From Dimorphilus gyrociliatus (lineage: Eukaryota; Animalia; Annelida): a stretch of 64,000 nucleotides of DNA. A program made the translations under genes and the position numbers. How positions within the stretch are numbered: the stretch's first letter is position 1; every line of letters starts with the position of its first letter. Positions 25,363 to 39,382 of this stretch are shown here, one piece after another. The notes under the pieces were generated by a model. The model was not told the DNA's origin. It saw nothing but the letters and a program-made list of their open reading frames with translations, and did not search any database. Location of the stretch: the NCBI GenBank assembly GCA_904063045.1, contig CAJFCJ010000007.1, positions 4,285,404 through 4,349,403 of the forward strand, in the 5' to 3' direction.

Positions 25363-28253
25363 ATGCCTAAGAAAAACGATAGCGATTTCATAGGAACAAT
25401 AGAAGATGATGACAATATATCAATAGAAACGGAGTCATCTGCTGATGAAGATGAGGTAGCGTAACTGAGACTATTTGAAATACATTTGTTTTTAAGTATT
25501 TTAAAAATATCAACTTTCTATTATTTTATCGCTCATACAGACAACACATGCTCGAAAAAAACCAAAGATAAATAACAAAAATAAGGCTCCAGAATTTAAT
25601 ACTGAATTCGAATTTAACTTTGGACAAAATGATAAGATTGAATTTGATCGGGATATTGCAACTGAATGGGCAAAAAAGAAAAGAGAGATTACTAGCCTAG
25701 AAGAAAAAATTGCAAATGCTAAGAAAAAACACAAAAATGACACTAAAGACAATGATGAAGATGAAATGGTAGATGAATTAGATGAGAGTAGTGATTCAGA
25801 TGTAGAAAAACAAAAACCTGGTTTGTATTTATAAAATATTATATATATATATATTCTTATTGAAAAGTTTTCAAGCATATTTACTGCTTATGTTTCAAGT
25901 TAATTATCTATAAATAATTAATATTTTAATAGATAAATTGAAGCTTAAGGAGAAGAAACTTTCAAAGAAGCGTAAAAAAGAAATGGCAGAAGTAGAAATT
26001 GTAAGTTGCTAATTGATTAAAACAATCATATGTTATTCAAGAATTTCTTTAATTCAACAGGATAAAATACAATATTCTAAAGAAATTAATGAATATGATA
26101 GAAGTTTAGGATTTTCCGATATGAATATATCTAGACCTATTTTAAAGGTAGTTAATAATTTTTATTACTATTACAAATAACTTTCAAATATATAAAATAT
26201 TTAAATTATTTTAAATAGGCATTAAGTGGAATGAACTTCAATAAACCAACTCCCGTTCAAACTGCTTGTATTCCTGTTGCTCTTCTTGGTAAAGATGTAT
26301 GCGCTTGTGCCGCTACCGGTACTGGTAAAACTGCAGCTTTCATGATTCCAACACTGGAGCGTTTACTGTATAGGCCTACCCAAACTCCAACAACTAGGGT
26401 TTTGGTGTTGGCACCTACGAGAGAATTAGCTGTTCAAATTTATCAAGTTTCGAAGCAATTAGCAGCCAATGTAAATGTTCATATATCTTTATCTGCTGGT
26501 GGTATGGATGTTAAAGCTCAAGAAGCAGCCTTAAGACTAGGTCCAGATATCGTTATAGCAACACCTGGTCGTTTAATAGATCATCTTCATAACGCGCCTA
26601 ACTTTCATTTAAATTCTGTAGAGGTTGGTCAACACTATTTCTTTTTATACCAAAATAATTCAATTTTTTGTAGGTTCTCATTCTTGATGAAGCAGATAGG
26701 ATGCTCGATGAATATTTCGCTGAACAAATGAAAGAAGTTATAAGATTGTGTTCCAAAACTAGACAAACTATGCTATTTTCTGCCACAATGACAGAAGCTG
26801 TCAAAGACTTGGCGGCTGTATCCTTGCAAGATCCCGTTAAGGTTTTTGTCAATCAAAATACGGACGTTGCGTTTAATTTAAGACAAGAATTTATAAGGAT
26901 TAGAGAGGGGAGTGAAGGTATAATCCTAAACGAATTTCTATAATTATCTAATCGCGATAAACTAATTTTCTTTTTATATTTCTAGGCGATAGAGAGGCAA
27001 TCATTATTGCCCTTCTCAAAAGAACATTTCATTCGGAAGTTATACTCTTTGTACAAACTAAGAAGCAGGCTCATCGATTGCATATTTTACTTGGTCTTAG
27101 CGGTATCAAGGTTGCCGAACTTCATGGAAATCTTTCACAGGCTCAAAGATTAGAATCTTTATCCACATTTAAACATGGCGAAGTTGATGTTCTTATAGCA
27201 ACAGACGTAGCTGCAAGAGGATTGGATATTGCTGGTGTAAAAACTATCATAAACTTCACGATGCCCAATAGTTTACCTCATTATATTCATCGAGTTGGTC
27301 GAACGGCTAGAGCTGGTCACATTGGACGATCTGTTTCCCTGGTTGGTGAGAGTGAAAGAAAGTTGCTTAAGGAAATCATTAAAAAAACTAGAAAAGGTGT
27401 TAAGAATCGTGTTATTCCGGCTAACGTTATAGCAAAATATCGCGATAAAGTGGTTTCATTCGAAGGGGATATAAAAGATATCTTGGAACAAGAAGATGAG
27501 GAGAGAGAAATTAGATCGACTGAAAATAAAATGAATAAAGCGCAAAAAGTTCTTGATGGTGATGACGAAAGAAAAAGAACTTGGTTCCAAACTCATAAAG
27601 AGAGACAAGAAGAAAAGTCAAGAATGAGACTTACTGAACCAAAAAAGAACTCTAGAGTAATGATGAAAATGATGAAAAATCAAGATAAAGCAACAGTAAG
27701 TATCCAGTATATGCTTCAAATTATTTCATCGACTAAAACAATAACTATAATGGAAAATTTATTTTCAGCCCGAAACCAGAGTAAAACAAGAAATTGATTT
27801 ATCTTTAGCATATTCAATCAGACAATCGAAACGAGACGGAAAGCAGAAGAGGATACGCGCTTGTGTAGAAAGTACGTTAACTGCAAACTAATAAAACAAA
27901 TTTTCATTTTAAATAAATATGAATTAATTTAAATAGGTGAACCGCCAAAAAAGAAAAAGAAGACTTCTAAGAGTAACGTCACGAGAAATCTAACAAAGAT
28001 TGACAATAGAAGCGTCAAACAACTACGACATGGGTAAGAGTCGTTAAAATAAAACTTAATAATTATAATATATATATACTGTATATAGATCTAGTAGTTG
28101 TTTTATCGTAAAACTGGATGACTGAAATTGATTTATAGATTTTTGATTGTTCTTTTTATTTTATGATACAGTGAAGGAAAGAGTCAAAACAAAACGACAA
28201 TGAAGAAGAAAGGGAAGAATTTCAATTCAAAGAGCAGATACAAAAGACGATAG
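25363..28253 (+). CDS. DDX27: DEAD-box RNA helicase DDX27/Drs1 (60S biogenesis), multi-exon
   Basis: N-terminus [10 protein letters not shown]-motif [10 protein letters not shown], motif [24 protein letters not shown] spanning a splice junction (VE|[11 protein letters not shown]), SAT and [10 protein letters not shown]. The C-terminus is [10 protein letters not shown] with a stop at 28251-28253. Confidence 0.95.
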
Positions 28254-28640
28254 AGGAAAAATTATAGGATTGAATACAATTTTGTTCTGTATATTCCTAA
28301 TTACGAAGAAGGTTGAATAGATATGTGAAAAACTAACTTCAACTGTGTTATAATAAAGTTTATAGAATAATTTAAAAAAACAATAAAATATTGAATTTGA
28401 GACTCGAAGCAGAAAAGTTTTTTAATGAAGTTCACTAATTTGCGCAAATCAGAGTAATAATTATTGAAATTTATAGTTTAGGTAGACATTGACGATTGAT
28501 CCGTCTAGGACAATTTGATTAGAGCCATTATCCGGGACAACGCAGAGAAGGCAGTAAACTCTTTTCTACCAGTAGTTTTGTTAAGTAGAAATGCAAACAG
28601 TCATTTTCAGTGATATCAGTTGACGGTGTTACGTTAAAAA

Positions 28641-30842
28641 ATGAGTATGGAGCAGTCTAAAGTGGAGAAAAGCGAAAAGTAAGAGTTTAAGAATTTTAGC
28701 ATACATGTGTTGGATATATATATATACAGTGTATATATATAGTCTTATAGACTATGGAAGAAATTTCTGTATAACCTATTATTATTCTTAATTATACGAA
28801 ATAGAAATTTTTTTGTGTATATTTCTATATACTGTGTATTTTCTCGCTATATTACTGTGTAAAAAGCTTGTTTAACTTTCTTTTATTAACAGACATAGAC
28901 CTATTGGAAGCGTCGTTAAACGTATTCTTTCCGAAGTGTTGACATGTCCAAGGTGCGGCCAATATTTTAACGAACCGCGAATTTTACCATGCTCCCATAC
29001 ACTCTGCTCGAAACCTTGTCTAAAAGAGGCCTACAACTCTAAGAGTGAAAGTCTTGATTGTCCGATTTGTAAGAAAAGTTTCTCAAGTTTGAAAGAAGAT
29101 TTCGAGAATTATCCATTTAATTTGAACGTTATAAATGTTCAAAAGATCATTCCAAATCCTTTAAACAGACATGTGAGTATTTTATTTAATCTTTACAGGT
29201 ACTTGATAATTGATTTCCATTTTTTTCTCAATAGTTATGTGTTGAATTTGACAATTGCGTCGCCGAAGCAACTCATAGGTGTCTCACTTGCTGTAATTTT
29301 TACTGTGCCAAATGTCGATTACATCACGAAAAACTACTAGCAGATCATAACGTTATGACCTTAAATGATCTATATTCTGGTGGCAAGATTCAAGAATTAC
29401 TTGAATCTGCTGAACTTGCTGAAAAATGCCAACAACACAATAACATACCAGTTACTTTCTTTTGCGTAGACGATTCCTGTCAAATAGCGGTTTGTGATGC
29501 ATGTATTGAAACTGAGCACAAAGGACACAAGATCAAAGATCTACAAGCTGTTCGTAAATCGCATACTTTAGACTTAAGGAAACATGGGCGAGAATTGGAA
29601 CTTTATATTTCCGACAATGAAAAGTTGGTAGAAAAAGAAATGGTGAGAATTCAAGGAAGGGTTGATCGTACAAGAGAAAAAATTGAACAAGAAGCAGATG
29701 GTTTAAAGAATATCATTGAAAAAATTAAAAATGATAGATTATCCGAATTGGCAAAGATTAACGATGGAATTGCTGATTTGGGTGGAAGTGTTAATGCGAA
29801 GCTTAAGAAATTGAATGATACACGAAATCAACAAGATCACGTAGTTCCTTTGGGAACAGTTTTTGATTTGCAAACTATTGGTGATCATTTTCATTCGAAA
29901 GCGTCTAGCTTACAACAACAGACTCAACGCCATTTGGAGAATTTATACGAAATTAACTTATCATTTGAAAAAGGTAGCTCTTTCAATCGGATTCAAGAGA
30001 TCCTCGAAGCTGAATTCGGTAAGGTTGTTCCAAGAGGCCTGCCGAATGGTCAATATTCATTGGAAAAAAAATATTCTTTCGGTGGCATTAGCTTGGAATC
30101 TGAAATTCGGGTTGGAAACGCTTCGGCGATAGACGTTTATGGACAATGTTTATATGTTGCGTCTAGGCAGGACGGTATTAAGGTATATCATATGGGCGAT
30201 GGTCAACAGATCACCAAATGGCCTATGCCCGAAATAGGAGAGGGCAAATGGAAAGTAAGCGGGGTCGCCGTGTTAGATAATAAAGTCTACGTAACCTACG
30301 ATAACAGCGACGGAATCGTAAGCGTCCATGAACTTAACGGTCGGGTTATTGAACTCTGGAGGAAAATTTACGGAAAGAATCAAGTAAACGTAACGGCTAG
30401 GGAAAATTGTGTTGTTCTATCAAGTCCTAACGAATCAAAAGTTCTTGTATATTCAACCGATGGAAGACATCAATTGACCATTTCCGAACACCTAAAAACA
30501 CCAATTTATTCTCTACATTCAAAACAAAAATTCTACGTTTGCGATAGCTCTAAATCATCAATACTTGTTTATGGACCAAGTGGTCGCCATTTAAACAACA
30601 TACCAATCAATTGCCGCCCGTCAAGCCTGCTGGTAAATGACCAAGGTATAATTATGATTACCGATTGGCAAGGTCATAGAATTTTATTTACTACGTCAAG
30701 CCGTTTCGTAAGATCATTAATTAACCACTCTGAGCATGGAATATGGGCTCCAACTCAAATTCTTCACCGTCAACCGTCCAAGATAATACTCCTTGAATCA
30801 AGTCGAAATGTCGTAAAAGTATTCGGTTACAAGACAAGTTAA
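28641..30842 (+). CDS. Tripartite-motif E3 ligase: RING, B-box1, B-box2, coiled coil and NHL-like beta-propeller
   Basis: Three exons (28641-28678, 28893-29172, 29235-30842). RING: CPRC...PCSHTLC...C...CPIC. B-box1: CVEFDNC...CLTCCNFYCAKCRLHH. B-box2: CQQH...FFC...CDAC...H..H. These are followed by a coiled coil and degenerate NHL repeats (VSGVAV..KVYV; GIIMITDWQGHRI). Confidence 0.85.
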
Positions 30843-31696
30843 AAAGAAAGAGAAAATGGCATAATTTCGATTTACGTAAGCCTAAAATACTATATTTTTC
30901 AATTGATAAGAATTTATGTAAATAATGACAAAAATAAAAGAAAAGAGAAGAAAAAATAAGTACAAAAGGTTCTTCTCTCTTACTTTTTCTCTTTCGAATT
31001 TACTTTTTTTCTTGAATACAAAGATATATAATAAAAAGTACAAAAATTACTCCAGACCAAAATAGCGTAATGTATTATTATATAGCCCTCCTGAACAAAA
31101 AGAAAGAAATTTAAGTCACACTTGTTAAACAATACACACACGATTATACTGTAAAAAAAGCTACTGTGCAGGTTGGATCACCTAATAGTTATCAGTTCTT
31201 TTGTATCGTCTAAGGTGAATATCTTGTTTCTAGTCAATCGCTGTATGTAAGAATCTAGAATATAAGAAAATAGTTGCTAATCTAGATTAACTGCACGATT
31301 GTCAAGAAATATAAAATAGTCACCCGAAAGAAATGATATTGGATAGGATAAGGTGTAAACTGCACTGTGCATTCAAAATATGATAAACTAAAGCAGACTT
31401 TAACAATTAATAGTTTAGTTACGCTGAGAGAAATTTAAAGAATTTCAATTTAAAGCAGTTGAAATTGAAATTCAAAGAAGTATAATAAATGCAATTATGG
31501 GTTATTATCGCTTGCCTGTTTGTACAGTACTGCCAATAGTCACTGTTACAAAATGAAAATCTTATCATTCTAGAGAGAATATATCAATGACAAACGGCCG
31601 GTATTGTATAATTAAATATTCACCCATCTCTTTAGTCATAACTAGTAGTTATTGTTTTTAGTCTGCTTTTTCCAAAACACAACTAATTTAGAGATG

Positions 31697-34600
31697 TTAA
31701 TTCTTAGCAAGAACACTTGCCAATAGAGCCATTCTAACGTACATTCCATATTCTGCTTGTTTGAAATAAACTGCTCGAATATCTGTGTCGAAAGTATGAC
31801 TTATCTCTTTATTACGCGGTAGGGGATGCATAACTATCATATTCCTTTTCGCTTTGGACATTAATTTTGGTGTAACAATCATAGAATCGGGATATTGAAG
31901 TTTCATGCCGCCGGCTCGTTCTGTCTGAAATCTTGTCATGTATAAAACATCAGTTTCCGGTAAGACGCTTTCGAGAGAATCACATTCGCGATAGTCGCAT
32001 TTTTTCGCCTCGATATAGCTAAGAATTTCATCTGGCATCTTATAATCTTCATAGGAAACGAATCTTAATGAGACTTTATACAAAGTCAGGAGTTTAGCCA
32101 AAGAATGAACAGTTCTTCCGTGACGTAGATCACCACACATTGTTACAACCAAGTTATTTACTGTGCCGATTTCTTCACGAATAGTGAAAACATCCAAAAG
32201 GGCTTGAGTCGGATGTTCACCGTCACCATTTCCAGCATTGATTACAGGTTTTTGAGAAACTTTTGCCACCGAATCAAAATCATTCTGGCCATGTCTTAAA
32301 ACTACTAGATCGGAATAACCAGCCATAATCCTAATCGAATCAGAAAGACTTTCTCCTTTCATCGCAGAAGAACTCATTTTGTCAATAGATATTACACTGC
32401 CACCTAATCTTTGCATGGCAGCAGAAAATGAACACGCAGTTCTTGTTGACTCTTCATAAAAAACTGATGCCAGTACTTTTCCTTTAAGAATGTGATCGAG
32501 GGGCCTCTCTTTCTGAACTGCACTTTTCATAGCATGAGCTAGATTAAATAGATGATGAAACTGCTCCCTTGTGAAGTTCATAACAGATAAGATGTTCTGG
32601 CCAGTGATGCCTGGAATAACTTGAGAATGAAGCGAAAGATCATGAACACTGGGCAGATCAGTAGGCGTTAGCACTTCGGAGAAGGAAACCTCGCGAGAGT
32701 CCCTCGCTGCTCTCTTTGGAGGTGATAAAATAGCAGCAGTTGCTTCCGATTGAAGAGAGGGTGGCGGTGATGGAGTAAGAATTGTTCGGGAAAGTGATTT
32801 AATATCTTTGCCACTTCCAGGTTTTGCCATTATCACACCATCAATAAATGCAACTTCGCCCCTAAGGACAACTTTAAGAACTTTTCCAGACACCTTTCGT
32901 CCAGCAAACGGTGACCATCCAGCTTTTGTAAAATACTTCGTTTGTGGTAATGTCCATTCTTCGTCTAGATTAACTTCAACGTAAGTTTCTTGTTGTGATG
33001 GCAACTTGAAAATTTTTCTTGGATTTTCGTACATTTTCATCTCTATATCTTCTATGGTCAATCTGCCGTTTTTAACAGCTGTTAAGAGAAGGGGTAGTAT
33101 TGTTTCCATACCAGGGAACCCTGGAGGTGGATTGTCCGATTGCTTTTCGCTTAAGGTGTGAGGAGCGTGATCTGTTGCAAATATATCAATTACAGACATA
33201 TTTTCCCATAGAGCATTTTGATCATCTTTAGTTGCTAATTTAGGACGAACATCGCTCCTCTTTAATCCAATTGAGTCAATATCGTCTTGGCAGAGGAATA
33301 AATGATGAGGCGCAACTTCACAGGTCACTTTTATACCACGTTCTTTAGCTTTCTTAATAATTTCTATTTCCTCCCTTAAAGCGACGTGACATATGTGAAT
33401 TGGTCGCTCGTAAAGTTGAGCTAAGAGAATTATGGCAGCAGTAGTTCGACTCTCTGCGTGAGCACATATGGGTAAAGATTTTGGCCAACTTGCCATATGT
33501 GACGCCCAAGTATCCATTTTATCCATTCTTAAAGTTGTAAAAGTTTGATTTAGATACATCTTAAGAGCGCAAGCCTTTGATGCTAATTGTTTAGCAAACT
33601 TATAGTTTTCTTCACTGGCACCTACAAAAATACCATAATCGCATCTAGCATTATTTTTAGCTCTTTCTTCCACAATAGCAAAACTTTCTAAATCAACTAT
33701 GGATGGATTGGTATTAGGCATAGCGAGTAACATAGTAATACCGCCGGCAAGAGCTGCTTGAGTTCCTGATTCCCATGTTTCTTTATGCTCTCCACCTGGC
33801 TCTCTCATGTGAACATGGACGTCAATCAGGCCTGGCAAGCGAATAATATTTTTATGAGACAAATAATCAAAGTGGGATCTCATAATCGGTGGGTGCTTAT
33901 GGCCGCATTTAGCCAGAGCTGCAATAAGCAGTTTTACGCATTTGATATCTGTTATCAAAGGAACAGAATAATCAACAGCCATCCTTCTTGTTTTGTAACC
34001 CTGAGTTACAAATGCACTAGCAGCTCGACTACCTCCGTTTCTCATTGGCAAATTCACAACTAAATCGAATTTCTTTTCCGATAAATAATCCGCTATATTT
34101 CTTTGTTTAACAGCACTCTTTCTGCGAGATTCTTCAGAGTCTTCGTAAGGCCAATCAACAGTCTCAATTTTAACATTATGAGTTGAATAAAAATCAGCTG
34201 TGCCTATTGAAGCATATAGGTTGAAATTCATTTTTTCTAATAGCTTAACACTGGGCAAAAGTTCTTGTTTGTGTTTATAACTTCCAATTGATAAAAGAAT
34301 ATTCTTGTTAGGGAATTTAAAGCCTGATGATAACTGGGCTTTCAAATATGCCTCGTGATGATTTTCTCCGAAACAGGCAACTTCTCCAGTGGAAGCCATC
34401 TCAACTCCCAATAGAACATCTGCACCTGCCAGTCTAGAATATGAGAAGACAGGAACTTTAACACCAACCAAACCTCTTCCAGTCAGCATGCCTAATTCTT
34501 CAACATGTTCATTCATCACGACTTTAGTTGCAAGAGCAATTAAATCTACACCCAAAGTTTTGGATATAAAGGGAAATGATCTTGATACCCTGACATTGCA

Positions 34601-37600
34601 TTCGATAACTTTTAATTGATTATCTTTAGCTATAAGTTGAATGTTAAATGGTCCATTAACAATTAATGCTTCACCAATAGCTCGACATATAGCTTTAATC
34701 TGTTCCAAAGTTTCATCGTTCAAATCGCGTGGTGGAGTTATCAAAGAAGCGTCACCAGAGTGAACTCCGGCATTTTCTACATGCTCGGAAACGGCCATGG
34801 CTATAACACGTCCATTTTTTGCCACAGCGTCCACGTCAATTTCCTTAGCATCAAGAATAAATTTCGATATTACAATGGGATAATCTTTTGAAACAAGAGC
34901 TGCCTGTTCCAGATACTGTCTGAGATCCTGATGTGAGTGAGCAACATTCATAGCTGCTCCTGATAGAACGTAAGAAGGTCTGACTAAACAAGGGTATCCA
35001 ACAGTGTTACAAAACTTTTCTGCAGATTCTATATCGCTTAGTTCTTTCCATCTTGGTTGTGAAATTTTAATAGAGTCCAACATTCTACTGAATTTAAATC
35101 TATTTTCGGCATTATCAACAGTGTCTGGAGATGATCCATAAATTTTAGCACCTGCTCTCGATAATGGTACTGCGATATTATTTGGTAATTGTCCTCCCAT
35201 ACATAAAATGAGACCAGTTGGATTTTCTATCTCGTAAATATCCATAACGGCCTCTAAGGAAATTTCATGAAAGTAGAGTCGATCACACATATCGTAGTCT
35301 GTCGAAACAGTTTCAGGATTGAAATTTAGCATGATAGTTTTATAGCCCATTGATTGTAACTGCCATATACAACCAACAGCACACCAATCAAATTCAACTG
35401 AAGAACCAATGTGATAAACCCCGGATCCTAAAACCATAACATGCTTTTCTTTAAAATTAATGTCATGTTCGCTACCGTTGTATGTCAAGTATAGGTAATT
35501 AGTCTTAGCTGGCCATTCAGCAGCCACTGTATCTATTTGTTTCACAAAGGGTCTAATGCTTAATTCTAACCTTCTTTCCCTCACATTCGTTTCTGATGTT
35601 TTGAGACAATTTGAAATTTGCCGATCTGAGAATCCGAGTTGTTTAGCTCTTAATAAAGTAACTTTATCAATACTTTCTGGTCCATCAATATCTTCTAAAA
35701 ATTTTTGCATAATTACTATATTTTCCATTTTATGTAGAAACCACAAATCAATGGCTGTAAGCTCATGAAGTTTTTCAATATCCCAACCATGATATAGAGC
35801 AGCAGCTAGAACAAACATACGGCTGTCTGTGGGCTCCCTTAATTCTTGTTCATTTGGCTCAAATAGCTTGGGATCAAAGCCAGTATTGGAAGCGTTGGTC
35901 ATTCTTAAAGCTCGTTGAAGGGCCTCTTCAAAAGTTCTTCCGATGGCCATAACCTCTCCCACAGATTTCATGGAACTACCTATCTTTTTGGATACTCTTT
36001 GAAATTTACTTAAATCCCATCTGGGAACTTTAACAACACAATAATCCAACGATGGTTCGAAACAGGCTGTAGTTTCTCCTGTTACATTGTTTCTCAAAGC
36101 TGCTAGAGAATATCCTAGAGCTAATTTGGCTGCCACGTAAGCCAAAGGATATCCTGTAGCTTTGCTAGCTAAGGCGGATGATCTAGATAATCTAGCATTT
36201 ACTTCTATGATATAATATTGAAGACTTTTTGGATCTAAGGCATACTGAACATTGCATTCTCCAACAATACCTAAATGTCTTACAATCTTAATGGCAGCCG
36301 TACGCAATAGGTTATATTCTTTGTTAGTTAATGTTTGGCTTGGAGCTATAACTATTGATTCCCCGGTATGAATACCCAATGGATCAACGTTTTCCATGTT
36401 ACAAACAGTCACACAATTATCATAAGCATCTCTAACGACTTCGTATTCTACTTCCTTCCACCCTTTAACTGACTTATCAACAAGAACTTGGTTAGTATGA
36501 GCAAAAGCCGTCGTAACAATAGATCTTAATTCTTCGGGATTGAAAGCAAAGCCAGATCCAAGTCCTCCTAAAGCGTATGCAGCTCTAATCATGACAGGAT
36601 AACCAATTCTTTCGGCAGCTGCTAAAGCCTGATCAACGTTGTAGGCTGCTTCGCTTGGCGCCACAAATTCGCCAATTTCAGACATCTTATCAGCAAAAAT
36701 CTGTCTATCTTCCGTTGATTCAATGGATGAGACTGGAGTTCCAAGAACAGTTACTCCATATTTGTCAAAAACATCATTATTTCTTAATTTTACTCCGCAA
36801 TTCAGAGCGGTTTGTCCACCAAAAGTCAAAAGGACTGAATCTGGTCTTTCACTTGCAATAACTTGTTCAACGTATTCTGGAGTTAATGGAACAAAATACG
36901 CTTTGTCGGCGAGAGACGTTTGTACTGTTGCAATATTAGGATTGACCAAAACAGTCTGAACATTCTCCTCCTTTAGAGCCTTTATGGCTTGAGAACCCGA
37001 ATAATCAAATTCACCAGCTTGGCCTATACTAAGACCACCAGATCCCAAAATAAGAACTTTTCTGGGTTTAATTTTGAGGCTTTCAACTTCTATTGGTTGT
37101 TCTCTAGATGTTTTCGTTAATCTAGTTGTTAAACTCTGTTTCAAATTAGAACTATTCAAGGTATCAATAAAAACGTCAAAAAGCATCTCCATATCTTCAG
37201 GACCTCCTTTATGTTCAGGATGAAATTGAACAGAAAAGAATGGTTTTGTTCGGTGAAAGATACCCTCGTTGGTCCCATCGTTTTCATTTATAAATAATTC
37301 TTCCCATTCATCAGGTAACGATTTATAATCGACAGCAAACCCATGATTTTGTGTTGTAATATAACATCTCCCTGCAGCTACGGGCCCCAATGCTTTTGCA
37401 ACAGTGCATGGTTGATTGTGACCTCTATGTCCGTATTTCATCTTATAAGTCTTTCCTCCGGCAGCTAGAGACAATAGCTGGTGACCAAGGCAAATTCCAA
37501 AAATAGGTTTATTTCCTTTCATAAGCTTTTTTAATTCGTTAACTGTATCAGAGCATAATCCCGGATCACCAGGCCCATTGGAGAAAAAGTAACCATCTAC

Positions 37601-38487
37601 TTGTGATACCTCACTAAACTTATAATCCCAAGGCACAACAGTAACTTCTGCATTTCTCGAACATAAGCATCGAATTTGATTCAGCTTCATACCACAGTCA
37701 ACGGCAATTATCTTATATTTTCCACCTTTATTATAAACTTTTGGTTGTGGTATTGAAACCTCTTTACATAAATTTCGAAGATTAGGATCTTGATATTCAA
37801 TAGCAGAGATATCATCCCGATCCAGGACAATCTTAAAATTGAAAATTATTAAGCATCATTAAACCTTTGTAATAAATGCTTAAATTACTTTTCCTAGAAC
37901 GCTGCCATGGTTACGCAACTGTTTAGTTAGAGCCCTGGTATCGACTCCAGTTAATCCGGGAATATTATACTTTTTCAACCAATGTCCAAGAGATTGAACA
38001 GCTGACCAATGGCTGAATTTATTTTCAGTAACCTATTGATGGAAGGTGGAATAAGGAAGGAAAATTTCAATATAATTTTAAAAATAATTGATATTCGTCT
38101 TTAATCATACCTCGCCGACTATAAGTCCAGCAATTTGTACTTTATTCGATTCGAACCAAAGCGATATTCCAAAGTTATCCTTATCATTTTCATTCGGAAT
38201 ACCGTAATTACCGATCATGGGATAAGTGAGAACGAGAATCTGATCTTTGTAGGATGGATCGGTAAGGGATTCAGGATAACCAACCATCCCAGTTTGGAAT
38301 ACTTTTCAAGCAAAATGAAAATCAAATTTACTAAGATATTATAGTATATTTATACCTATTATAACTTACCCACTTCTCCTGAAATACTTCTCTCAGCTCC
38401 AAATGTCGTACCACTAAATTTGGAACCATCTTTGAGATATAATGAAGCAACTGGTCTATTTACTAATTCTGCCCTGGAAAATACCAT
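31697..38487 (-). CDS. CAD: CAD multifunctional pyrimidine biosynthesis protein (GATase-CPSase-DHOase-ATCase), four coding exons
   Basis: Start [22 protein letters not shown]; exons 38487-38370, 38301-38111, 38032-37889 and 37831-31697. GATase GICLGHQ and QFHPE; [13 protein letters not shown] and VEFDW; DHOase [10 protein letters not shown] and FATDHAPH; ATCase [12 protein letters not shown] and MHPLPR. Confidence 0.98.
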
Positions 38488-38748
38488 ATCTTGTCAAATA
38501 CACAGCTACAATTTGTACGTATGTACGCATATAAAGTAGGAGTAGTTGGAATCGACTTAAAGTTTTTCTTATATACTAAGGCCGAATACCTTTTAACAAT
38601 CCGAGCTTATGGTATATAGTATTACGTAACTGAATAATGCTCTAACATAAAACAATAGTACATAAAATGTTTGTCATTGAAATTAGGTGTATAATATAAC
38701 TGTCTTCAACAAGTGTTTCTGGTCGCATACAATCAACAGCATGGCGAG

Positions 38749-39126
38749 CACGTGTTTTCTAATCAAAAATTCTATAAACCGAAATTCCAGAATATCTCAG
38801 ATTATTTGAAAAAATGAACAACTCACATTTAATTTTACTACTTTTTTCCGATTGAATAGTCAGAAAAAAGATGTACAGCAAAAGGGCAAAAGGTAAAAGG
38901 TATTTTCTGAGCAAAACGGAAGCCTTTTTTTAGATATTGCGCAGAACGGAGGTGCACCGAGGGAACCAGTCTATGAGAACACGTGTTCAATAAAGCTAAC
39001 ATAAAGAATTTTGTGTTTTTTTTGCTTGCTTCCTTTCTATTGAACTAAAAAATTTTTATTATGTGTGTAAAAAGATAAAAAAGTAAACCTGAAACTCTAT
39101 ATCGATACTTTTAAAAAGAACACATG
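38749..39126. promoter_or_regulatory. E-box cluster plus DRE-like element upstream of CAD
   Basis: CACGTG at 38749-38754; CACGTG at 38980-38985 inside the 12-bp palindrome GAACACGTGTTC; CACATG at 39121-39126 in AGAACACATGTTCT; TATCGATA at 39100-39107. Confidence 0.5.
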
Positions 39127-39382
39127 TTCTTGATATTATCAGGTCCTTCTTTATTTTGTATCTATTTCAACTTTAAGTAGACAAATCAAAAAATATCACC
39201 AATAGTTTTTTTTACTACTGATATACAATGATCGATTGCTTTAAGTATAAAAGTATTACATTTATCTTCCCAGACAAATTTAAAAACTTTTTGCTTAAGC
39301 CAATAAAATATTCTATTACTATTCGATTTTTCTGCATATTTTATCTGTTTTGGAACTTGTTTGAAAATTTGAAATACAAGAT

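Noticed and set aside
33785-36959. Several + strand ORFs antisense to CAD, and similar shadow ORFs over KMT2A, KIF17, USP10, MYO6 and the GPR158-like gene
   Set aside because: They are short antisense or alternate-frame shadows of long coding exons with no motifs.
31697-37690. A 6-kb uninterrupted ORF suggesting a bacterial or horizontally transferred locus
   Set aside because: It is the fused eukaryotic CAD polyprotein, joined to upstream exons by canonical GT-AG introns.
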